DNA from: Octopus vulgaris
Lineage: Eukaryota
Assembly: GCA_951406725.2 (NCBI GenBank)
Contig: OX597816.1
Span: 13,268,001-13,332,000, forward strand
Length of the DNA: 64,000 bases
Direction of reading: 5' to 3'
In this document: one piece after another, positions 53,317-64,000 of the stretch
Numbering within the stretch: the stretch's first letter is position 1
How the letters are laid out: every line of letters starts with the position of its first letter
The notes under the pieces: model-generated
The model's database searches: none
What the model was told of the DNA's origin: nothing
The model's input: only the letters and a program-made list of their open reading frames with translations
Program-made: the position numbers and the translations under genes

Positions 53317-54224
53317 AGTAAAAAATTATAAAAGTCTGAAGGAAAAAACAGTTTATTTTCTGCTTAATGGGACAGAAAGATTTTGTTTAATTTTTACATA
53401 TGATGATTAAAATACAGGTATATAGTGGGCTATAAACACTGACACACACACACATACACGCATACACACACACACACACACTAGGTTACTATAGTTGAGC
53501 ATTGCTCTAGTAGAGGTATGCGAAGGTGTATTGAAAGTTCCTGGCTTGGAGTAAAAAGAAATACAGGAAGATCAGTTGATTATGGGTTTTTTCAACATAT
53601 TCCCCTCTCAGATTCGAATCCAGGTAAAAAAAAAATGTCACGGAAAAAATAAGGTATGGTAATAAAATCACAGGGATTTTGTCCAGGGGGTTTTATCTGA
53701 GGGTTTTTTTCCTAGGAGATTTTTGTCCGGATCCCATAAATTAATTGTCACTTTTGTTCCTGTGACCTTTTTTCCTAGCCAAAATTGTGACTTTATTACT
53801 GCGACTTAATTACCGGTCACCTCAGAGATTCGTCATCCTTCAGTTTTTTTCTAAGCCGTATAAAAGAACTCGGATGGTTAAGCCTCCAGCTAGGCCTTTC
53901 GCGATAACCTTAAAGCCAGTAATTTTCAGTCACACCCTACTATCGTATATGCCTGCGCACCTACAAAGATTGAAATCATACACATGCGTTCATATATATA
54001 TATATAGTTATATTTCGAGATGTTCATTTTTTCCTGCCAAATAAATACACGCAAAAAGAAACACCATCTCGAAATATAATATCAGTTTCAATACACGATT
54101 TCAGATCAGGAATTTTGGAAAAATATTTCATAAACCTATACATATATATATATATGTATATTTACGTACGTACGTACATACATACATACATACATACATA
54201 CATACATACATACATACATACATA

Positions 54225-55254
54225 CACCGTTTCTTTGTGGATGACTTAAAACTTAGTGCAACGAATATGCATGAGATGAAAAAGAGCCTTACCCCAGTTA
54301 CAACATTCTCAAAGGATGTAGGATTGGAGTTTGGTCAGGATAAATGTTTTTATATGGTTGAGAAAAGGGGGAAAACTATAAACCAGACTAGGAACATCAA
54401 TGATTTGACTGTTTCGCCTGTATCTGATGAGGAATGTTCCCCTGTATCTGATGAGGTATCTAGGGGTGGATGAAAACATATCTTACAATGGCACCTGTAA
54501 CAAAATACGTGTCACTAAAAAATATTACACCCGAATAAAGAAAATTTGGACCTCAGAACTTTCTGCATTCAATAAAACAGTGGCCCACAATGTGTTTGCA
54601 GTGCCAGTACTTATACCAAAATTTGGGCTGCTTGATTGGACGCTTGATGAGATCGAAGCCATTGATATGAAAACCCGAAAAATACTAACAAGTACACATA
54701 GTTTCCATATAAACAGTAACGTAAACCCCTACCTAAAACGAAAACAAGGCGGCAGAGGCCCAAAATGCCTTTGAATGTCGCATTATAGCCCTTCGGCAAC
54801 ATCTTTTAACCACCAAATATCGAAGAGCGTTCCTTGACCAAGTTTGCATACGTGATGCTGATAACATTATAAGACTTGGAACGCAGCTCCTTAAGCAACA
54901 CTCTTTGTCCTATAACCTAGAATGCATGCTCAAAGAAGTCGCTTTGTATCACCCGATGAAAGGATCAGCCTATATGAGCAGAAGACTATTCATGGATATG
55001 TTAGTAGAAAGCTCCGTCATGATAGTAACATCGATCATCAAAGCAGTTTATCATGGACCAACAGCCGGATTACTACCTCCCACTTTGCAATCCTGGAACA
55101 GGTAATATCAACCAGGTACTTGATGCACAAAAGGGATAGAGAGAAAAGCCGTAAAATGTGACAACCGATGCAGGCTTTGTGGAGTCCACGCTCAAGATAT
55201 CAGTCATCACAGTATTATCTTACCGATGTGACATGACGTTGTAGCTAGGACATT
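54225..55254 (+). mobile_element. R4/Dong-like (restriction-like endonuclease) non-LTR retrotransposon RT fragment, frameshifted
   Basis: FFVDDLKL (RT YxDD), GLEFGQDKC, RYLGV, NVFAVPVL..FGLLDWT..EIEAIDMKTRKIL, YLKRKQGGRG, CRLCG zinc-knuckle start. Confidence 0.87.
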
Positions 55255-55278
55255 ATTGTTATTATTATTATTATTATT

Positions 55279-55478
55279 GAGTGAGAGAGCAGTGCATGCC
55301 ATCAAAGTGACACTGGGGTCTCATATAAGATAAACAGCACATGACCTATTATTATTATTATTATTATTAAAGAACCACCCATGTTTCCAGAGGTGAATTA
55401 TTAAACCCCAAAGAATCCCTCTCAACACATGGCTATGATGCTCCCCACTTTCTGCTCGTGATCAGAGATATATCGTCA
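55279..55478 (+). mobile_element. Repeat family D, internally deleted mosaic
   Basis: Collinear blocks of family D separated by deletions and an (ATT)n run. Confidence 0.75.
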
Positions 55479-55523
55479 TTATTATTATCTGTGGTATTAT
55501 TATAATTTTGCTGTATTATACCA

Positions 55524-55604
<81 letters not shown>

Positions 55605-55607
<3 letters not shown>

Positions 55608-56270
55608 TAGTTTTATTTTTATAGCGTGCTTTCACTTCACTACCGAGCGCAGCTCTGTGTGCCTTAGGTATGTGCTGTGATTTGTTGTGATGCTCTGATG
55701 GTTATTGAATGGAAAGTGTTCTGCGTAGGATGTGTGCAGTGCCTAGTAGTGCAACTTTCTGTATGTTATATGTGTTTGTAAGTCCTGGTGTTTTTGTTAT
55801 GTATTTGTCTGAATATTTTTTTATCATGCCTAATGGACCTACTATGATAGGAACTGTTTCTGTTTTTAGATTCCACATTCTGGTTACCTCTATTTCCAGG
55901 TCTTTGTATTTTGAGAGTTTCTCCATTTATTTTAGAGACACGTTGTCATCTGCCGGTATTGATACATCAATTAGAAAGCATTTTTTTCTTCATGATCTCT
56001 GACAACTATATCTGGTCTGTTGGCCTTAATTTCTCTATCTGTGTGTATCGGCATATCCCAGTGTATGGTTGCTTTCTCGTTTTCTGTGACCTTTTCTGGT
56101 GTGTGCCTATACCATCTTTTTTCTGTTGTTATTCCATAATGTTGGCATAGCTTCCAATGTATGTAGGTTCCAACTCTGTCATGTCTGTGAATATATTCCT
56201 TCTTAGCCAGGACTGGGCAGCTAGAGATAATATGATTTATTGTTTCTTGTCCATCTCCACATATTCTGCA
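55605..56270 (-). mobile_element. R4/Dong-like non-LTR retrotransposon 3' end (CCHC knuckle, PD-D endonuclease, 3'UTR) ending in (TAA)n
   Basis: CRICGDGQETINHIISSC, HRHD, NRPDIVV...LIDVSIP, EKLSKYKDL, KVALLGTAHILRRTL*; 3'UTR runs straight into (AAT)n at 55525-55604. Confidence 0.9.
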
Positions 56271-56600
56271 AGGCAACGAGCTGGCAGAATCGTTGGTGCG
56301 CTGGACGAAATGCCTAGCGGTATTTCGTCTGCCGCTACGTTCCGAGATCAAATTGCGTCGAGATGGACTTTGCCTTTCGTCTTTTCGGGGTCGATTAAAT
56401 AAGTACCAGTTGCGCACTGGGGTCGATATTATCGACTTAGTCCGTTTGTCTGTCCTTGTTTGTCCTCTCTGTGTTTAGCCCCTTGTGGGTAGTAAAGAAA
56501 TAGGTATTTTGTCCGTCGCTATGTTCTGAGTTGGAGTTCAAAATAAGTACCAGTTAGTCACATTTCCCAAAATTTCTGGCCTTGTAATTTTGTAAAGATT
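56271..56600 (+). mobile_element. SINE family B composite at the 5' truncation point of the Dong-like element
   Basis: AGGCAACGAGCTGGCAG head, one unit, degenerate tail 2. Confidence 0.85.
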
Positions 56601-56964
56601 ATTAATTATTATTATTATTATTATTATTGTTGTTATTCTTTCTGATAAATTCCTTCTTTTCTATGAACTAGCAATAAAGGTCGAGTTGTTTTATAAACAA
56701 AGCCGTATTTTCATTTACGTAGCTTATTTTTCCCACTTTTCTTTCTCCATCTCTGAAATATATTCCAGCTACGCATTTTAAGATGTATACTTGTTAAATC
56801 ATTTCCTACACGAAAATATTTGTGTTTTTTCCTTTTTTTTCCCCACGATCTATCAATACATTTTATTTACCGGTGCCAGATTATCCCAACAACGCCTTTT
56901 GCTGTAGCGTCAGAAAACACCAACGTATCCCTGCACACAATCATTTCATTACATTATACTTATT

Positions 56965-57007
<43 letters not shown>

Positions 57008-57242
57008 GATATATATATATATATATATATGCACACACACACATATATGTACATATGCATACATATATATATAAGTGTATATGTGTAGGTACATAAACAG
57101 ATACATATATTCATATACATGCATACACACACATACGCTCATATATATGTATGTACTTATGCATGAATGCATGTATATACATATATATGTATATAGAATA
57201 CAAAGAAATAATAAAGGTATACAGGTGTCAATTCATTACTGC

Positions 57243-57286
<44 letters not shown>

Positions 57287-57984
57287 AGTACACCAAATGA
57301 TGGCGTCGGATTCGTCAGATTAAAAAAACACAATTATCAAGGCGATAGATTCGCTTTAGTAGCAGGTATCTTTCATTTTTACTACTTCTATCTCGGTCTC
57401 CCTTACTTTATGATTGTTCTCTTTCTCCCAGCTTTCTTTACTTTCAACTCCCTTCTTCTTTTTATTTTTTCTTTCTTATCTCTGTTTTTCTTACTCAAAG
57501 TGGTCTCTGTTTCCAACATCTTTGCAGCAAAAGGGAAAACCCAACGATTCAATCATTACTGTTGTTTACAGGATCTTAATGTCTACCTGTTTGTTCCACC
57601 TTCTTGCTCGTGTTTTTTTTAAGCCTCAGTGATGTGTTTCCCGTTGATTCGATTGTTGTTGCTGCTACGGATCTTCTATTTCTTAAATCTGCATTGCTTT
57701 GCTCTGGCTCATCTTAAGGAGAATGTGATTAATATTTCTAACATAACGAGTAATAAAGGATAGGGACTTCGTTACTGGTCTTAAAATTTTTAACTTACTC
57801 ATATAATCATATATATGTGTGTGCCTGAGTGTGTGTCTATGTGTATATGGATGTATGTATTTATGTATATATACAACATATATGCATACATATAGATAGA
57901 TATACACATACATAGATATACACATATGTACATATATAGACATAAAAATATATATAAATAATAGGATAGAACATAATATATATT

Positions 57985-58150
57985 TCTTTTATCCTTTACT
58001 TCTTTCAGTTTAAAGGACTGCGGCCATGCTGGGAAATCGACCCCAGGACTTACTTCTGTAGGCCTGGTTCTTTTTTCATTAGGGCTCTTTTGCTGAACCT
58101 CCATGTAACCAGGATGCAAATAAACCAAACACCGGTTGTCAAACACAAAG
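57985..58150 (-). mobile_element. SINE family A 3' fragment
   Basis: CTGCGGCCATGCTGG...TCGACCCCAGGACTTA. Confidence 0.7.
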
Positions 58151-58162
58151 ACACACTAATAG

Positions 58163-58231
<69 letters not shown>

Positions 58232-60311
58232 TATTTAAGTAGGTGAATGAATTATCCTATGTTTATCGTCAGCATGGAAAATTTTGTTAACATCTTCGTT
58301 CGACTCCATTCTTTCATTTATATATATATATATATACGCTAATAGAGGGATAACCTCGACTGGATCGCTCATTCTCAGAGATCTGACAGGAAAGTTCTGT
58401 ATTGGCGCTACACAACAATAACAACACATACCTTGAAACAAGGCATTCAATTCTTACCTGAAGTTCGTTTTTACAAATGATTCTTTAAAGTCTCCTTTGG
58501 TTTCCTATTCACCCTCCTATATGCCAATCTCCCATCTTCTCTTGTCTGTTTCTCTTGAGCACTAATAGTTCCTCGACTATTACACACGCGCACACACTTC
58601 GCACACGCGTACACACAAACACACACATACATACGCACAGACACATACACACACGCACACACGCGCATGCATACACAAATACACACACATACACACACAC
58701 ATACACACATATGTGTGTATAAAAATTTATCAATACCAAAAATAAAATATTTACACTTTCATGAATATATGCTACCGATTTCAATCGTTTTAGTTTGATT
58801 TGATCATGTTGTACGAGAAGGGAAAATAAATAGATATAAATTAAATTAATTTTTCATGATATCAGTTTGGGCAGCAAATGTTTCTTACAAAATTTACTTA
58901 ATTGTTCTTGTTGTTTTCCTCTGATAACTGTATCAGTTGCCTCGTTACATATTTAGAGCTATTAAATTTCTTGTCCCTGAGTGTCTCGAATTTTCTATCA
59001 ATGTTTATGTGGTCTTAGGTGAGCTATTAAACAACCTTATCTCTCCAGTGTCTTGTATAATTTCTCAGCTATTTTGCAGCCACTGAATCAACTTGAAATA
59101 ATAAAGTCCAGCATTGTAAATTATGGCACATTGATTCGATTATTAAGATAAATATTCTCCTAAAGTTATAAAGTAACGAGGTAGAACTCACTGATACACA
59201 TTCGGTAAAGAGGTCTCCAGGCTTATGATATATTTACCTGTCTCCGATGATATAGTAGTTTGTTTAAGTTATATATCTATGAGGACAATAAATTATCTAC
59301 AACTGCTACTGTGCAATGCTTCATTCTCCATTATGTATTGAGTATTTGTATTCTATTGTTGATTCCATTTCAATTTAATACGTAGACAAATGTGTATATG
59401 TGAGTTTGTGTACACATCTGTATATGTATTGATATAGCATTAAAAGATATTGTATTCGTTACTATCAGGTTTTCCTCCAAATGAATTACTAATAGTATTG
59501 ATAATAACTATATTTATCAATATTTTCGAAGGGAATCGCGTGATAATGTGAACGTCCATCTTTGATTTATTTACAGACATGCACACAACATACCAATGAA
59601 AGGATGGGGTCAAAGGATAAATGAAATAAGTGAACCATACCTTAATACAACATCAGAGAAGGAAGGCTCTCCACAGAATTTATCCGAGGATTCAGAAATT
59701 CTTCTCATGATTAAAGCCTAAAATAATTATATAAATTTTCACTCGGAATATTTTGGAGTAAGTCGCCGCTTCCACAAATTCCTTCTGAATTCTGGTATGG
59801 TATTCAAATGGATTAGTTCTAGGTACCAACCGAAATTCAAAACTTTGCAACGATACCACGATTTAATCTACCATGAAATACAACCTCTTTGATTACATTT
59901 CAGTTACAAGATTAGCGACATTAAGTCTGAAATTATTTGACGTTTCCAGATATAATTTATGACCAATTGTTTAGTATCAATGACCATTTCCTTTACTCGT
60001 TACTGCCTTCCAGCAGAGTCTGCGCTTATATTAAATCTCCAAATAATTCAGTTGTGTTTACACTGAGGACGTTTGCCTTAGAAATCTTTTATTTATACTC
60101 AGTATATTAGCCTTAGACGATCTTGCGTGTATAGTTATTGTCATTTAAAGATCTACTTTCACTAATTTCTCTCATATACAACTTTCCTGTTCCGATACAA
60201 CATCTTTGTAAGGTTTGTTGTAACGTAAAAGTCACTAAAATCACACTCACATATACACACTTGCGTGTGCGTGTGTGTGTGTGTGAGTACGTGTGTGTGA
60301 TTGCGCATGTA

Positions 60312-61060
60312 ATGGGTGATCCTGTAAATGATGCGGTTTTATTTTATTCTTATTTTATTTTTCAAAATTGAGATAAATTCTTTGTTAATCTAGACTATAC
60401 TCTCCTTTATTTTCTACAATGCTCTTCCATCTACCTGGTAGAATTGCAAGGTACCTCTTCCAAAATTCACTTGTCCGTAATGAAAAATACTCCTCCAGTA
60501 CTCTTCTGACCTCGTGTACAGAATTCATATTTTTTGAAGACTGCCGCATAAATGATAGCCAGATGGGGCAGTGTCGGCGAATGTGGCGGGTGGGGCATGG
60601 TTTCTCATTCAAACTCTTCCAACCTTTGGAATGCCATCCTCGCTGTATGTGACCAAGCATTATCCTAATGGAAGAACACTTTTCGTCTTGAAACCAAATA
60701 TAGTCGGTTTTCGTCTAGCGTTGACATGAATGTCTGTTTGAATGAGCAAATACAAGCTCTCGGCTCGTTCCTCAACAGTTCCGATGGGATTTTGTTCGAC
60801 GCACCTTCTGCTGCGTTGTTAACTTTATTGAACTCATAAAGCAAAATATGCCGAATGTATTCTCATGACACATCCATTATAACTTTACAAAATAACAGTT
60901 AAAAGTGAACTGCTCTCTTCAAAATCTCCACTAAGAATGAGGAAAAGGTAAAATTACTTCCTGCTTTTATAGCAAGTTGATGCAGGCAGTTTATCCCATC
61001 CCTCTCCAACTTTTAGTTCAGGCAATTGAAAAAAACCGCATTATTTATGGGATGACCCAA
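60312..61060 (-). mobile_element. Internally deleted mariner with both TIRs and flanking TA
   Basis: TIRs ATGGGTGATCCTGTAAATGATGCGGTTTT / AAAACCGCATTATTTATGGGATGACCCAA; C-terminal EFWKRYLAILPGRWKSIVENKGEY and a HPPHSPT.PHLAI-type relic of PYSPDLAP. Confidence 0.87.
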
Positions 61061-61593
61061 TATTACGTGTGTAAATTCATTTACTCTAAATGAAAGTTAA
61101 CTATTTGCTGTTGACAGTTAAGAAACTCGCTTTACTCAATGGCATTAAGCGTTAAGATAACTTGAAGGATATATCATAATATAACTTAAAGATGGCAGCT
61201 AATATATAAATTCTCGAGAATTAAATTTAATAATCATTGAGCTCACGAATATTAATAATTGTAATTCTTGCCAATAAAATTCATTGGTGAAATATCATAT
61301 TCATTTACACTCAAGTACTGAGTTCTTTTTCTGATATTCTTCACCCGAAAAATATAAAGACAGTGGCAAGGAAACAAGGGATTTCCATGGGTAAAACGAT
61401 AGCTATTGCTGCAGCTCTTTTTGGAATAGGGCTAACAATTACGGGCATGGATGAAGCACCAGTATGTAAAATCGGCTCTTCGTCGATGTTACTAGTAGAG
61501 GGGGATCGATCCAATGCTATAAGAAGCAGCATCACTCCATCGTCTTCGTGATGAGAAGAAGGAAGAACGTGGGACAGAGTCCATGGATGGACC

Positions 61594-61912
61594 ACTCCGT
61601 CGGTTACGACGACGAGGGTCCCAGCTGATACTATCAACGGAACAGCTTGCTCGTGAAATTAACGCGCAAGTGGTTGAGTATTCCACAGACACGTGTATCC
61701 TTAACATAGTTCTCAGGGAGATTCAGCTTGACACAGAGTGTGACAAGGCTGGCCCTTTGAAATACAGGTACTACTCATTTTTTCAAGCTGGGTCGATTGG
61801 AGCAAAGTGAAAGAAAGTGTCTTGCTCAAGGACACAACGTGTCGCCGGGAATTGAACTCACGACCTTACGATCGCGAGCCGAAAAACCTAACCACTAAGC
61901 CACGCGCCTTCA
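61594..61912 (-). mobile_element. SINE family C (subtype C1)
   Basis: Reverse complement head AGGCGCGTGGCTTAGTGGTTAGG...GAGTTCAATTCCCGG; homologous to 29507-29818. Confidence 0.88.
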
Positions 61913-62171
61913 CGAGACAGAGTCCAGATGAACGACAAAAATACCAGAAGACACCTCGGAAAAACGTTTCACATCATCTGAAGTGTTGAACTTCAAGGCA
62001 CTGTTAAAGCAGAGTTGTACACAAATTAACCCGGTGCTTATCCTAAAAGGGAAACAATAATACTCCTTGTTGATTTTCAAACAGATGAGAGAAGAGTACC
62101 AGACATTTCCTGATGAGAGACAATTGGGAGTCATTATGTCTAAAACCAAAATAATAATAATAATAATAATA

Positions 62172-62617
62172 TTCTGCTCAATACCACAGATTTGCTTGTC
62201 AGTTGTTTGACCTTAACCAGTTGAGCATGTTCGTTAGTGGCTGACGATATGTACATCTCTGATCACGAGCACAAGTAGTGGGCGGGGGCATCATAGCCAT
62301 GTGTTGAGAGGGATTCTTTGGGGTTTGAATAATTCACCTTTGAAAACATGGGTGGTTCTTTCAACATCCTTAAACAACCCTTATTCAGGGACCTTTTGAG
62401 CGGGATGGGCTACTCGACCTGAAGAAAATTCTAACTGGGCCCCACCTGCAAGGTCATGTGCTGTTTACCTTGATATGAGATCACCATGTCGCGCACATAT
62501 GGTTGTGATGCATGTACCTGGTGTACCCTTATCAGACGGGTAGTCATGATGGGTATACTGGGCTTCATATATTTGTACCTCAGTGTCACTTTGATGGCAT
62601 GCACTGCTCTCTCACTC
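62172..62617 (-). mobile_element. Repeat family D, longest copy, flanked by (AAT)n
   Basis: Reverse complement of 47444-47778 plus ~110 nt extra; (AAT)n on both sides. Confidence 0.82.
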
Positions 62618-62849
62618 AATGATAATAATAATGATTATGATAGAGATTAAAGCATCGGAAAAAATGTGTTTCTGTATTTTTCCGGATCTTTACTTTATGA
62701 GTTCAAATCCTGCGGAGGTCTACTTTACTTCTCAATACCTTCTGGTGTGATAGAATAAAATAGCAGTCGAGTACCGGTGACAATAGTATTGACTAACCCA
62801 CCCTCTTACAAATGCTGTTTAGTTGCTGCTTTATTGTTGTTGTCAGTAG

Positions 62850-63112
62850 CAACGTCCTCATCGTCGTTGTCCACTTCTTCGTCTTTATCATCATTATCAT
62901 CATCATCATCATCATAGTCGTCGTCGTCGTCATCATCATCATCACCATCATTATCGTCGTCGTTATCGTAGCCGCCGTCGTCATCATCATCATCATCACC
63001 GTCATCAACATCCTCATCATCATCATCATCATCATCATAACCAATCATCACCATCATCATCCTCATCAACAATCTCTCCATCCTCCTGGTCATCCCCATC
63101 CTCACCACCATG
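62850..63112. repeat. (CAT)n/(CGT)n degenerate trinucleotide repeat
   Basis: Low-complexity run seen directly. Confidence 0.9.
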
Positions 63113-63267
63113 ATCGTTAGTGACCTATATTTCTGCAGTGTTCAATTTACGTGTGCATTATCAGCATCCCTTTTATTTATGTGCCTCAGGTATCTCTATA
63201 CCCACGCAATTTACTATATAATTACATCCAGTTTGTCTCTATGACGTATGAACATCTATATGTGTGC

Positions 63268-63336
<69 letters not shown>

Positions 63337-63654
63337 ATACATGTGTATCTTTCTGTTTGTCTATATGTATGCACGGTCAAACTCTAAATAATATTTTCTT
63401 AAGTAGTGCTGTAGCTGTTGATGTAATCATATTATATTCTGCGCTCTTGGTGTAATCTTGCATTAAATTCTAATTGTACTTCTACATATATAATCTTAGT
63501 TAAGTGCTGAAGTTGCGGCCATTCATTACGTTTTCAATGTCGGCCATTATGGGTAGTTCCTCGGCGTCTATATAATCTCTAATTCTTTCAGGAAGATGTT
63601 TTCTTCGCAAGAATCTCAGGATAAATTTATTCCACCTTGAAGCATCTGGAAAAA

Positions 63655-64000
<346 letters not shown>

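Noticed and set aside
55971-56417. 148-aa ORF as a single gene
   Set aside because: Chimera: the N-terminal half is antisense SINE B and the C-terminal half is the Dong-like knuckle/endonuclease
61840-61912. tRNA gene (also heads at 29760-29818, 33628-33700, 7250-7320)
   Set aside because: A/B boxes are present but run straight into SINE bodies, and no clean cloverleaf acceptor stem is seen
62793-63120. Poly-Asp / poly-Met / poly-His ORFs
   Set aside because: Degenerate (CAT)n repeat next to a decayed SINE B; open in several frames simply because of low complexity

Overview
AT-rich, microsatellite-saturated eukaryotic (animal) non-coding DNA. The SINE repertoire and (TA)n/(TACA)n/(GATA)n density resemble an Octopus/coleoid cephalopod genome; this is recognition from memory, not a database result. 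No intact host protein-coding gene can be supported, and nearly all ORFs in the track are microsatellite or SINE translations. Supported content: (i) three groups of tRNA-like SINEs, called A, B and C here, in more than 30 copies, often nested and sometimes with target-site duplications (TSDs); (ii) decayed LINE fragments (two RTE 3' ends, one CR1/L2-like 3' end, two R4/Dong-like pieces at an (AAT)n tract); (iii) mariner and hAT-like DNA transposon relics and MITEs; (iv) an unclassified repeat found only in (AAT)n tracts; (v) long fold-back elements, mostly in (TA)n tracts. The main finding is that several fold-back elements and solo fragments carry type-I hammerhead ribozyme motifs: CUGANGA, stem II, GAAAC, a short palindromic stem III, then GUA. 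This matches the dimer-type hammerheads of Penelope-like elements and retrozymes. In most fold-backs one arm keeps the motif while the mirror arm is mutated or deleted.
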